A DNA stretch of 63,940 bases, the filler included, from Phoronis australis (Eukaryota; Animalia; Phoronida): NCBI GenBank assembly GCA_002633005.1. It is 9 parts of 9 records of this genome, joined end to end, with 100 filler letters (N's around TTAATTAATTAA, not from the genome) between each part and the next. Parts side by side here need not be neighbours in the genome. Positions count along the whole stretch, not along the records: positions 1 to 7,659 come from NMRA01001993.1; positions 7,760 to 15,655 come from NMRA01001962.1; 7 more parts are not named here. One strand, written 5' to 3'. The notes beneath the pieces are model-generated. The model saw nothing but the letters and a program-made list of their open reading frames with translations, searched no databases and was not told the origin of the DNA. This document shows, piece after piece, positions 1-12,905 of the stretch. A program made the translations under genes and the position numbers. Each line of letters begins with the position of its first letter. The stretch's first letter is position 1.

Positions 1-652
1 GTCAGAGCAACATACTTGGCGGAAGAATTCCGCCAAGTAATTAACAGGTAATTACTTAAAACTGATGTCAAACCCTTCACAGACATGGATTAGACTGAGT
101 ACTGCAGTGCAGCGATATTCAGAGGCGAAGTGGTTGGAAATTCAATGGCATTTAGCTGAATGAGGGTGTAACAGTAGACAGAAACCACAAAACTCAAACA
201 TGGTAAAATTTCACCAATTTATGAAAAAATCCATGTTTACAATACTTGTGACAATGTACAGTTTCTTATGACACTGTCTGATGGAACCTACGCCATACAG
301 CATCTACAATCATGATAACCCTTTCACTTGATGCTACTAAAAATGGCATTTCACCCCATTCAGAGTTGCCTAAAAAAACGGAAATCTAATTCGCGCTTTT
401 CCTTTCATGAAATAGGTCTCATATTCTTTACCCCAAAACGCTTCAGTTAAGAATTCAATAGTCACAGCTAAATAGTGGTGAAGCGCCCTTTAAGTTTTAA
501 AATTAAATTTCACGTGTCTATCACATTGTGAGAATTTATCAAATACAAATGCCTTCACATGATCAAGCTGGGCAATAACAGGGACAGGAAATCTCCCTGA
601 CAGACTGAGATAAACCCACTCCTAGTTATTCAATTATAACTCAGTTAGTCAC

Positions 653-659
653 TATAAAA
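653..659 (+). promoter_or_regulatory. Candidate TATA box (TATAAAA) for the secreted-protein gene
   Basis: TATAAAA lies 44 bp upstream of the ATG at 697. Confidence 0.4.
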
Positions 660-696
660 GCATCAGACTGGTTACAAGAAGAAAGTTTGAACAGTC

Positions 697-982
697 ATGA
701 ACATGGAAGCACATAAGCAGTCTAAGACTATGCACATCTCAGCCAATATCTTCATCATGTTATTGGTTGCACAAGCACAGTCGACGTATGAAAGATGTAG
801 GTACGAAGATGCCAACCACGTAATAAACGTCAATGTAAATGGCGGTAGGAATTCAACCGCTGATGGAGCCATCAGCAAACTTCAAGCTGATGTGACAGCA
901 TTGAAAAACAGAGTGAGCCAGATGGAGTATAGATGGCTTGATGACAGAGGATGGCTAGCCAATGAAACACAAACAATCGAAG
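697..982 (+). CDS. First coding exon of a small secreted protein (signal peptide, short coiled coil, W-x2-D-x-G-x-L motif)
   Basis: Hydrophobic signal-like segment MHISANIFIMLLVAQAQS (ATG 730), heptad-like ISKLQADVTALKNRVSQME, then WLDDRGWL. Strong donor AG|GTATGT at 982/983 (phase 1). Confidence 0.65.
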
Positions 983-2060
983 GTATGTCGAGCAAAATTA
1001 ATTTAATGCTGCTGTAAACCATTTCTTGCCTCATAAATGACTTTCTTCACTGGTACATTTTCAAAAGCAAAGCTATTGCATTCTTATCATTTAAAATTGA
1101 CATTCAGTAACTGTGAAGACCACATTTCTTTGGCAGTTGAAACTGGCAGCGCCATCTTCAGGAGCTTGTGTCTGAAGCAAGGACCACCTGAAAGATCCTC
1201 TCAAGTCTAGAAACCATTTCTTATCAATTCAGAAAAATGTATGGTAATAGCATTTTTGAAATTTTGTCTTTGACATTTATGTCAAACAAAATTTGGCTGT
1301 GTTATTGATAACGTTGATTTGCTAAGAATGTACCTTCCTTTTATGCTGAATTTTATTAAAAAGGCATGCCACATGACCCAATTAATGGTTAATTGGAAAG
1401 CCAAAAATTGAGTTGTACATAAAATAGAATTACAATTTGAACAGAGATAAAATCTATAGCTTTGTATATACTTGGCCAAAAACACCAACAAGCAGATAAG
1501 ATCTTACATAACCTTAAGCTGCCAATGGGCATTACAAAATGGAATTTTTTAAAAGTTGGGATGAGTATTTATCTCAACTGCCAATGCCTGTTAACGAGTA
1601 GGGAGTTGCATTAATGAAAACCATTTTATGTGCAAGGGAGGAATTAAAAAATCAGCAGAATGCATACAATTGCGGTGCTTATACCTAAGTTGGAGAGAAA
1701 TGGATTAGGATTAGAAATGAGCAGTGGTAAGGTAGTGGTACCATGTGGTGCTTGAATACCCCGGCTCAATAAACGTACAACTTAGTATAGGTGTTTAAAA
1801 GTAAAGATTTGGAAAACCAGAGGGTGAGCGTTACCAAGAACTAACAGTTTTTCTAGACATTTGTATATCAGCTAGTACTATACTATATGAATAAAAAAGC
1901 TAAGCTGGTTCTGGTCTTCACTGTAACTCATTTTGAGGGCTGGTTCACAGAGTAAAGAAAAAAAAAACGCCAGACCCCATTCAATTTCAACCGAGGTTTT
2001 GTGTTTTTTGAAAAGCTACAAAGACATGTCAGCAACACTAAGACAGGTTTGAAACACTAT

Positions 2061-2189
2061 GATCTGCCAAGTGACAAGTAAACAAATCACCGTGATCGGC
2101 CAAGTGATAAGTAAAGACATCGCCGTGATCGGCCAAGTGACAAGAAAACAAATCGCCATGATTTGCCAAGTGAGAAGTGAACAAATCTC
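2061..2189. repeat. Imperfect 33-bp minisatellite, about 4 copies
   Basis: Units like GATCGGCCAAGTGACAAGTAAACAAATCGCCGT start at 2061, 2094, 2127 and 2160. Confidence 0.9.
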
Positions 2190-2271
2190 ACATAAGTTTT
2201 GCTGCTTGATTCAGGTGGATTTTATTATTTTTTGAAAAAGTGAGCAACTACAAAAATACCGCACCACTGAC

Positions 2272-2464
2272 TCAACTTTCAAAATACACACACTAGAATC
2301 AACTTTCAAAATACACACACTAGAATCAACTTTCAAAATACACACACTAGAATCAACTTTCAAAATACACACACTAGAATCAACTTTCAAAATACACACA
2401 CTAGAATCAACTTTCAAAATACACACACTAGAATCAACTTTCAAAATACACACACTAGAATCAA
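2272..2464. repeat. Perfect 27-bp minisatellite (TCAACTTTCAAAATACACACACTAGAA), 7+ copies
   Basis: Seven identical units, truncated by the single N at 2465. Explains the spurious (CILKVDSSV)n ORF. Confidence 0.95.
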
Positions 2465-2465
2465 N

Positions 2466-5400
2466 CCAGAGACCCTTAACAAATGAAAAATATCAAAGCC
2501 AAATGACTAACCTTTGTCTGAAATTTGAGAGTTTACCAAGCTAAGTTTATCTGAGGCATTAAAATACCGTCCAGCAATTTTATTATTCTTTTCAAACATG
2601 CGATTATTAAAGCATTACTACAATACAGATGGTTTTTCCATAACGTGCTGTTATTTATCATAGACTTACTTTATGAAGTTTGTCGTATTTTTTATCTTGC
2701 ATTGTTTTATATCAGGTAGCACATGAATTTGTGGAAATTAAGAATCTGGATTCCAAGTCAGGTAAAATGTCATCGAAAAAATTGCCTTTAATCATTTTTC
2801 CAAAGTGTCTCACATTGTTATGGATGCCCACAACTATCTGATGGTAGCTGGGTATAGAATGAGAACAAGGAAAAGCGTTAATTTGGTGCTAACCATCGTT
2901 TATTGAAAAAAGCAAGACAATAAAATTTCATTTGTCAGACATACGGTGTCCTAAATAAGTCCAAAATTTATTCTACTGTAAGCAAATAAGTCGATACTTG
3001 AGAGTGCATGTGAATGAAGCAGCACACCATACATGACGTGAACCCAAACAGGTAAAGACACAAACCATGGTATTTTTAATGCTTAGCCAATAAATGCAAA
3101 TGATCTCCAGTAACAGCTGAAATTTTCCACACACGAAACTCATTCTCGTTTTGATGGTCGCTTTTACAATCAAACAGATAGTATAGCGATGGGTTTTCCT
3201 CAAGCCCCATTATTAGCTAAGTTGTTTATGGGTCACCATGAACAATGTGTATTCAAAAGATTCAACAGTTTCACCTGAAGACTTAATGTTTTATTGTGAC
3301 ATATTCTGTGCGTCACAGTTACTTAGTGTCGATGAAGTATTGTGCGTTTTACCACAGCTATGTTTGGGGATCTTGACCAGCCTAACGAAAGAGCATTTTT
3401 TACCCTTGGACCTCTCGTCTGCTATTGATTAATTCTGGACAACATGGTGGATAAGTGAAATTTTATTACACTTTTCATAAAAGACATAAAGTACAGAATT
3501 AATGGTTTACCATTTACCAGTTCTGTAAACTTAAGCTACCATCCTATAATATTCTGAAACAATTGGGCATTCCTAAGCAATACCAGAGACCCTTAACAAA
3601 TGAAAAATATCAAAGCCAAATGACTAACCTTTGTCTGAAATTTGAGAGTTTACCAAGCTAAGTTTATCTGAGGCATTAAAATACCGTCCAGCAATTTTAT
3701 TATTCTTTTCAAACATGCGATTATTAAAGCATTACTACAATACAGATGGTTTTTCCATAACGTGCTGTTATTTATCATAGACTTACTTTATGAAGTTTGT
3801 CGTATTTTTTATCTTGCATTGTTTTATATCAGGTAGCACATGAATTTGTGGAAATTAAGAATCTGGATTCCAAGTCAGGTAAAATGTCATCGAAAAAATT
3901 GCCTTTAATCATTTTTCCAAAGTGTCTCACATTGTTATGGATGCCCACAACTATCTGATGGTAGCTGGGTATAGAATGAGAACAAGGAAAAGCGTTAATT
4001 TGGTGCTAACCATCGTTTATTGAAAAAAGCAAGACAATAAAATTTCATTTGTCAGACATACGGTGTCCTAAATAAGTCCAAAATTTATTCTACTGTAAGC
4101 AAATAAGTCGATACTTGAGAGTGCATGTGAATGAAGCAGCACACCATACATGACGTGAACCCAAACAGGTAAAGACACAAACCATGGTATTTTTAATGCT
4201 TAGCCAATAAATGCAAATGATCTCCAGTAACAGCTGAAATTTTCCACACACGAAACTCATTCTCGTTTTGATGGTCGCTTTTACAATCAAACAGATAGTA
4301 TAGCGATGGGTTTTCCTCAAGCCCCATTATTAGCTAAGTTGTTTATGGGTCACCATGAACAATGTGTATTCAAAAGATTCAACAGTTTCACCTGAAGACT
4401 TAATGTTTTATTGTGACATATTCTGTGCGTCACAGTTACTTAGTGTCGATGAAGTATTGTGCGTTTTACCACAGCTATGTTTGGGGATCTTGACCAGCCT
4501 AACGAAAGAGCATTTTTTACCCTTGGACCTCTCGTCTGCTATTGATTAATTCTGGACAACATGGTGGATAAGTGAAATTTTATTACACTTTTCATAAAAG
4601 ACATAAAGTACAGAATTAATGGTTTACCATTTACCAGTTCTGTAAACTTAAGCTACCATCCTATAATATTCTGAAACAATTGGGCATTCCTAAGCAATAC
4701 CAGAGACCCTTAACAAATGAAAAATATCAAAGCCAAATGACTAACCTTTGTCTGAAATTTGAGAGTTTACCAAGCTAAGTTTATCTGAGGCATTAAAATA
4801 CCGTCCAGCAATTTTATTATTCTTTTCAAACATGCGATTATTAAAGCATTACTACAATACAGATGGTTTTTCCATAACGTGCTGTTATTTATCATAGACT
4901 TACTTTATGAAGTTTGTCGTATTTTTTATCTTGCATTGTTTTATATCAGGTAGCACATGAATTTGTGGAAATTAAGAATCTGGATTCCAAGTCAGGTAAA
5001 ATGTCATCGAAAAAATTGCCTTTAATCATTTTTCCAAAGTGTCTCACATTGTTATGGATGCCCACAACTATCTGATGGTAGCTGGGTATAGAATGAGAAC
5101 AAGGAAAAGCGTTAATTTGGTGCTAACCATCGTTTATTGAAAAAAGCAAGACAATAAAATTTCATTTGTCAGACATACGGTGTCCTAAATAAGTCCAAAA
5201 TTTATTCTACTGTAAGCAAATAAGTCGATACTTGAGAGTGCATGTGAATGAAGCAGCACACCATACATGACGTGAACCCAAACAGGTAAAGACACAAACC
5301 ATGGTATTTTTAATGCTTAGCCAATAAATGCAAATGATCTCCAGTAACAGCTGAAATTTTCCACACACGAAACTCATTCTCGTTTTGATGGTCGCTTTTA

Positions 5401-7659
5401 CAATCAAACAGATAGTATAGCGATGGGTTTTCCTCAAGCCCCATTATTAGCTAAGTTGTTTATGGGTCACCATGAACAATGTGTATTCAAAAGATTCAAC
5501 AGTTTCACCTGAAGACTTAATGTTTTATTGTGACATATTCTGTGCGTCACAGTTACTTAGTGTCGATGAAGTATTGTGCGTTTTACCACAGCTATGTTTG
5601 GGGATCTTGACCAGCCTAACGAAAGAGCATTTTTTACCCTTGGACCTCTCGTCTGCTATTGATTAATTCTGGACAACATGGTGGATAAGTGAAATTTTAT
5701 TACACTTTTCATAAAAGACATAAAGTACAGAATTAATGGTTTACCATTTACCAGTTCTGTAAACTTAAGCTACCATCCTATAATATTCTGAAACAATTGG
5801 GCATTCCTAAGCAATACCAGAGACCCTTAACAAATGAAAAATATCAAAGCCAAATGACTAACCTTTGTCTGAAATTTGAGAGTTTACCAAGCTAAGTTTA
5901 TCTGAGGCATTAAAATACCGTCCAGCAATTTTATTATTCTTTTCAAACATGCGATTATTAAAGCATTACTACAATACAGATGGTTTTTCCATAACGTGCT
6001 GTTATTTATCATAGACTTACTTTATGAAGTTTGTCGTATTTTTTATCTTGCATTGTTTTATATCAGGTAGCACATGAATTTGTGGAAATTAAGAATCTGG
6101 ATTCCAAGTCAGGTAAAATGTCATCGAAAAAATTGCCTTTAATCATTTTTCCAAAGTGTCTCACATTGTTATGGATGCCCACAACTATCTGATGGTAGCT
6201 GGGTATAGAATGAGAACAAGGAAAAGCGTTAATTTGGTGCTAACCATCGTTTATTGAAAAAAGCAAGACAATAAAATTTCATTTGTCAGACATACGGTGT
6301 CCTAAATAAGTCCAAAATTTATTCTACTGTAAGCAAATAAGTCGATACTTGAGAGTGCATGTGAATGAAGCAGCACACCATACATGACGTGAACCCAAAC
6401 AGGTAAAGACACAAACCATGGTATTTTTAATGCTTAGCCAATAAATGCAAATGATCTCCAGTAACAGCTGAAATTTTCCACACACGAAACTCATTCTCGT
6501 TTTGATGGTCGCTTTTACAATCAAACAGATAGTATAGCGATGGGTTTTCCTCAAGCCCCATTATTAGCTAAGTTGTTTATGGGTCACCATGAACAATGTG
6601 TATTCAAAAGATTCAACAGTTTCACCTGAAGACTTAATGTTTTATTGTGACATATTCTGTGCGTCACAGTTACTTAGTGTCGATGAAGTATTGTGCGTTT
6701 TACCACAGCTATGTTTGGGGATCTTGACCAGCCTAACGAAAGAGCATTTTTTACCCTTGGACCTCTCGTCTGCTATTGATTAATTCTGGACAACATGGTG
6801 GATAAGTGAAATTTTATTACACTTTTCATAAAAGACATAAAGTACAGAATTAATGGTTTACCATTTACCAGTTCTGTAAACTTAAGCTACCATCCTATAA
6901 TATTCTGAAACAATTGGGCATTCCTAAGCAATACCAGAGACCCTTAACAAATGAAAAATATCAAAGCCAAATGACTAACCTTTGTCTGAAATTTGAGAGT
7001 TTACCAAGCTAAGTTTATCTGAGGCATTAAAATACCGTCCAGCAATTTTATTATTCTTTTCAAACATGCGATTATTAAAGCATTACTACAATACAGATGG
7101 TTTTTCCATAACGTGCTGTTATTTATCATAGACTTACTTTATGAAGTTTGTCGTATTTTTTATCTTGCATTGTTTTATATCAGGTAGCACATGAATTTGT
7201 GGAAATTAAGAATCTGGATTCCAAGTCAGGTAAAATGTCATCGAAAAAATTGCCTTTAATCATTTTTCCAAAGTGTCTCACATTGTTATGGATGCCCACA
7301 ACTATCTGATGGTAGCTGGGTATAGAATGAGAACAAGGAAAAGCGTTAATTTGGTGCTAACCATCGTTTATTGAAAAAAGCAAGACAATAAAATTTCATT
7401 TGTCAGACATACGGTGTCCTAAATAAGTCCAAAATTTATTCTACTGTAAGCAAATAAGTCGATACTTGAGAGTGCATGTGAATGAAGCAGCACACCATAC
7501 ATGACGTGAACCCAAACAGGTAAAGACACAAACCATGGTATTTTTAATGCTTAGCCAATAAATGCAAATGATCTCCAGTAACAGCTGAAATTTTCCACAC
7601 ACGAAACTCATTCTCGTTTTGATGGTCGCTTTTACAATCAAACAGATAGTATAGCGATG
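2466..7659. repeat. 1117-bp tandem repeat, about 4.65 apparently identical copies
   Basis: Units start at 2466, 3583, 4700, 5817 and 6934. Identical ORFs recur every 1117 bp. Confidence 0.97.
3358..3428 (+). CDS. Terminal exon encoding a Caspr/neurexin-IV-type fibrinogen-like C-terminal motif, (A)MFGDLDQPNERAFFTLGPLVCY*; repeated at 4475-4545, 5592-5662 and 6709-6779
   Basis: Acceptor TTTTACCACAG| gives phase 1. Reading frame is closed by TGA just upstream. Peptide matches the FGD...E...TLGPL.C motif of contactin-associated-protein-like domains. Confidence 0.6.
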
Positions 7660-7759
7660 NNNNNNNNNNNNNNNNNNNNNNNNNNNNNNNNNNNNNNNNN
7701 NNNTTAATTAATTAANNNNNNNNNNNNNNNNNNNNNNNNNNNNNNNNNNNNNNNNNNNN
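7660..7759. other. Artificial contig linker (44N-TTAATTAATTAA-44N)
   Basis: Exactly 100 bp; palindromic 12-mer with stops in all six frames. Confidence 0.98.
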
Positions 7760-7893
<134 letters not shown>

Positions 7894-8436
7894 CTAAAAT
7901 TATAATAAAATAATGTTTGTACTTGTTCCAATTCCCACTTAAGAAAAAACAATGACACGATAATAGACAGATAAGGAATACCAAAGGAAAGTCATCGACA
8001 TCTTACATCCCACTTATGTCTACACCTGTTCTATCATTCCTATATAAAACCACGCATCGCTATAGAATAGAAATTCAGTGTATTTATTTTTCAATCGTCT
8101 CATAAGCAGCCATCAATGAACTATTTGCCAGAATGGGTTCTTTTGCCAAATTTTTGCAATGTCCGATATACAGTAAATTCTGCAATTAAATATCCCTGTA
8201 GTCTGATGCTTATGGTAGCAACGTAACCGTAAGACGTCCGACGATCACAAGCAATAATGTTAACAGACAAGCCGACATAACGACAAAGAGGTAGTTACGA
8301 AGACACGAAGACAGGCCGACAGAAAAACTTCCGTACATACATGGCAGTGAGACAGACAGGCAGATTGACATGTAGGAACTATCCATTGCAAACGTTCTCA
8401 TAATTCCCTTGCAGTTCAATTAAATTTACGAGTCTA

Positions 8437-8733
<297 letters not shown>

Positions 8734-9081
8734 TCAGAGTGGATGACGCACGCAATCAAAGATTATTTATCCAGACTCTAATAAAACATGAATAAAAGGA
8801 TTCCAAATTACTGTTACAGCGAGTTCATTTAAAAGAAAATCCCAAGAAGCTAAAACACTCTGAGTGGGGTTGACACTTTCGACTGCAGAAGAGTGCGGCC
8901 AAGCAGCGGCCCCATCAAAAAGTGACGCTGATGATATCCACGGAACTGAATCATGCAGAATCTTTGAACTTTGGTACGGAGTCTATCAAACTTTTTAGAG
9001 AGTCTAAAAATTTCTTAAACCTTATTTACAAACATTGGCCATTTTTACAATATTTCACAAAATAACTTATCTTCAAATACA

Positions 9082-9300
9082 AACTAGAAAGATTATTGTC
9101 AAGGCGTGACAATAACGGACTCTGCGCGTGCATATTTCTGGAATTATTACGGGAAGTTACTGACAACAACCGGTTAACAATATGAAAAGGATTTCTTTAA
9201 AGTTGTAGGAGAAATTAGATATTAATTTTTGATGACCTTTCCACTAATTGACCTCTTCCGGTGCATTATGAGCCCCGATGAGGGAGTAATTGTTAACTCG
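9082..9300 (+). mobile_element. 5' fragment of a Helentron-associated (HINE-like) element
   Basis: AACTAGA start followed by hairpin TTATTGTCA-aggcg-TGACAATAA (9093-9115) and TGACCT motifs; same architecture as the element at 36068. Confidence 0.4.
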
Positions 9301-9472
9301 ATTAAAAGTGTGGTTAATGCTAATAATCACAGATGTTTTACTTTAAGCACTTCAGAATACAAGATGAATGAAGTGATCAAACTTTCAGAAGAAAAATGCA
9401 CCTAATGACCCCTTGGGTGCACCAAAGTATCTTTTTGGTGACTAAACGCGGTGCAGTGAGCTACACAGAAAA

Positions 9473-10400
9473 ATGCCCAGTGCGATTAGTCTTGTTCCTT
9501 CAGTTATGACCACCAAAGAGCCATCAGACAACAGGGCCTTAACCACATACGCTGAAGACCTTCCATCTCCAAACACGGTTGATGACGAGTTACCGAGATA
9601 CCGCATCAAATTTTCGGACATGCCTGAAGATCAACTTCCTTCAACATTGAGGACAGCGCTTGAATCATACGATGACAAGATGTACCTCAACATTCACACG
9701 CTTTTACATATCGCATACACACTACCTGGCACTAGTAATGAATGTGAAAGAAGTCCAAGTGCTTTGAGACGTCTCTACACGTTTACATGCGCTTGTATGA
9801 ATGAAGTCGTCTCGGGCACTTGCATTGATCCATATTTACTAGAACATGGCGATAGACCTCTCAGAAGTGGTGTCGAGATTTGCCAGAAAGCATCCACGAA
9901 GACTTCCACTCAAAAGTATCGTTTTTAATTTCGACGACTAGTAAATGAGGTAGTAGAAGTCTGCTGCATATTTCATTGGCAGTTTGACAATTACCCTCAT
10001 TTTCCGAACATAGCAATACAGGGGGCCTACGCTGCACTTACAAAGCTAGCCACCTTAGTTCCAGGAGTCATGTTACAACATAAATGCTCTTTTGTCATGT
10101 CCTTTAAGTAAATAAAAATATAAGTGTGAAACAACTTAGTCGTTTATGACGTCCAGATGTTTATTGGGTTTATTGCGCTCACGTTTTAGGCATATGCGCC
10201 TGCGTAGGGATGGACAATTATACAACAGTAACATCGGTTCGGTAGTAACATGTGGGCTCAGTTGGTTTCTTTAGTATCATACATCCGCATCCAATGCAAT
10301 TTAATAATGAACGTGGTTATGAGCCTACCCCGTAAATCTTAGTAAACGGTACACATTGTAAAAAATTCGAGCCCCCATTTTTAGGATGGATGCGCGCATG
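9473..10400 (+). mobile_element. Degenerate hAT transposon relic (C-terminal dimerisation domain, P52rIPK/THAP12-like) in an ABCC intron
   Basis: YLNIHTLLHIAYTLPGTSNECERSPSALRRL, then after a frameshift ALALIHIY*NMAIDLSEVVSRFARKHPRRL. TIR-like end GGATGCGCGCATG at about 10388-10400. Confidence 0.85.
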
Positions 10401-10747
10401 CATTCAGTATTTCGCTGAAGAAGGGTCAGTCACATTCACATGAAGTGTGTCCTTGCACACTACAAAATACACTTTTCATTACATGAAAGTGCCTCTCTTT
10501 GACGTCCACTCCAGTGTTGAAATAATTATGTGTATACACAGTTAGGTGACGTAAGGAGTGCAACGCACTTCATAAAATAAGTCTTGCAAACGTCCACAAG
10601 ATACCCCGTAGGTTTTGCTGTTGATTGGTGTCTGACAATAAACCTTCAACTTTCAAATCCCTTACTGTTTGTCACAGTCACTGGACCGTCAAATGTGCTT
10701 TGTTGCCGGTTGTTTCCAACTAAATATGGGCTATTCCCACCACATAC

Positions 10748-10924
10748 CTTTTCACCGATTTCGGTCAAATCACCACCTGGGAGTATTTTCAAGTCGTCTC
10801 TCAATGCGCATGTATTCAAAACCTGATCATAAAACTCAGCGTCGAAATCCTTGTAGAGCAGAATGTTATCTCGTACGCTGCTATTCAGTATCCAAGCTTG
10901 CTGAGGAATAAAGGCGATTGAGCC
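10748..10924 (-). CDS. ABCC1: ABCC/MRP exon with Q-loop (GSIAFIPQQAWILNSSVRDNILL...GDLTEIGEK), copy 1
   Basis: 177 bp, phase 0/0, AG...GTATGT boundaries; joins in frame to the 8461-8628 exon. Confidence 0.93.
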
Positions 10925-11852
10925 CTGTGATAGAAAATCACATACCTTTGATTGATATTGAAACTTAGCTGTGTGCTTTATTCAACCAACGTGTACACGG
11001 GAACAAGATAAAATCCACTTTTGCCCATTTGATTCTAATCATGTCTTCTAAACGCCAAAAAATAAAGATTAAGGAAACACAAATAATATCAAATGATGAA
11101 CTTACAGGCTAGATGACGTAATGGGAATACTTCCACATGCCAAATGAATTGCCTCTTAAAGACGCGTATTTGGAACGCATTTCCCTTCTTCAAACACTAC
11201 TCACTGGCGCATAGTTATAAGCGAGAGACGCTCATCTTTTTTCATTGCCAATGGAGTTTCAATTGTTGCATTTTCCTTGCGATCACAAAACGTAGCTTCA
11301 GATGACAAAAATGAGAGATCCAACCAACATGGCTTAACCCAAAAGTTACTAGTTGTTGTGTGAAGCACTTGAAAAACTTATTACCCAATTCAAGCTTGAA
11401 TGCCTTTCATTAAATCAACATGAACTGGCCTCATGCCCGTTGCTCATGATTATTTTGGTCACTATGAAAATCAGTGGCTTGTGTTTTTTCATCAGAGACT
11501 AGTGTTTACACTTGTTCTTTCCCAAAGGGTTATTAAACATCTTACAACCAGCGCAGCTACTGAAAACACAATGCAAATAGACATAACTTTTCACTCAATA
11601 TCATCATCAGGCCAAAGAGAAAATGATGCCAAAGAATTGACTATAAAAAGTTAGGACAACAGGGTTAAGACAACACAAAATTGATCAGTCATTATAGTCA
11701 CTTTTTTTAAAACAAATGTAATAGCCTATGGTCATTGTTTAAACAACAGTGATGACATTTCAGTAACTCGTTTAAAGACTTGTGTTTGGATGACAGTGAA
11801 GGGGGTTCAAAATTGAAGACCCTAATTAACTCTTCAAACCTTATTTACTTAC

Positions 11853-11979
11853 GTCCACATTAACACTGCCCTCCTGTTTCGCCATTTCACCCAATATGGC
11901 GGACACGATTGAAGTCTTTCCGCTTCCCACATTTCCTGCAATGGCAACTAATTTTCCCTTCGGGACCTCAAGGTTTGTC
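11853..11979 (-). CDS. ABCC1: ABCC/MRP exon with Walker A (GNVGSGKT), copy 1
   Basis: 127 bp, phase 2/0, TNLEVPKGKLVAIAGNVGSGKTSIVSAILGEM; donor GTAAGT. Confidence 0.93.
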
Positions 11980-12203
11980 CTTAAACAAAAAGATACGATT
12001 GTAACTTATTTTGTCAAATTGTAAATTATAATTGATTAAATCATGTTACCATAAGACCCTCGAGTAAACTTAATACGAAACCACAGTCGTTGGAAGTCTA
12101 TTGGTACAAAGTTGACGATCTCATACAGGACAAATGTAAAAGGAGATACAAACGCTCTTCCAAAATCTGTTCTTCGAATTGCCGAGTTTTAGTTACTACT
12201 TAC

Positions 12204-12267
12204 CTTTTCAAATATATTGGCTCATTATCTTCCCATGAAAAGCCACCTTCGCAAACCTGAACTGATG
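12204..12267 (-). CDS. ABCC1: ABCC/MRP exon at start of NBD1 (SVQVCEGGFSWEDNEPIYLKR), copy 1
   Basis: 64 bp, phase 1/2, FSW motif, donor GTAAGT. Confidence 0.85.
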
Positions 12268-12728
12268 CTACAAAGCAAAGAACGTGTATATGATGAAACG
12301 TTCACAATTTTCTGCAAGCTTAAAATACTAATGTCAAGGAGATAAATTGAAAATTGTTTCGAGTTTGCTTGCATAGTGATCTGAGTAAAATATGATGGAC
12401 GTTAATAGGTGATGTAATGGTCAATCGACTGTTAATGTGGATGAACATGAAAATTTGCATTCAAGAACTTTCAAATCCAAGGCTTNCCACTCCAGTGTTG
12501 AAATAATTATGTGTATACACAGTTAGGTGACGTAAGGAGTGCAACGCACTTCATAAAATAAGTCTTGCAAACGTCCACAAGATACCCCGTAGGTTTTGCT
12601 GTTGATTGGTGTCTGACAATAAACCTTCAACTTTCAAATCCCTTACTGTTTGTCACAGTCACTGGACCGTCAAATGTGCTTTGTTGCCGGTTGTTTCCAA
12701 CTAAATATGGGCTATTCCCACCACATAC

Positions 12729-12905
12729 CTTTTCACCGATTTCGGTCAAATCACCACCTGGGAGTATTTTCAAGTCGTCTCTCAATGCGCATGTATTCAA
12801 AACCTGATCATAAAACTCAGCGTCGAAATCCTTGTAGAGCAGAATGTTATCTCGTACGCTGCTATTCAGTATCCAAGCTTGCTGAGGAATAAAGGCGATT
12901 GAGCC
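12729..12905 (-). CDS. ABCC1: ABCC/MRP Q-loop exon, duplicate copy
   Basis: Same sequence as 10748-10924. Confidence 0.75.

Noticed and set aside
2973-3432. 76-aa and 64-aa ORFs repeated in the 1117-bp array
   Set aside because: No recognisable motifs. The meaningful peptide is in another frame (3358-3428).
7704-7715. TTAATTAATTAA as a conserved biological motif
   Set aside because: Always centred in exactly 44+44 N; a synthetic six-frame-stop linker.
8210-8419. Hydrophobic 69-aa ORF
   Set aside because: Arises from a degenerate (GACA)n-like tract inside the ABCC intron.
10584-10911. Plus-strand 80-aa ORFs (and copies at 12565-12892)
   Set aside because: Antisense shadows of the ABCC Q-loop exon.
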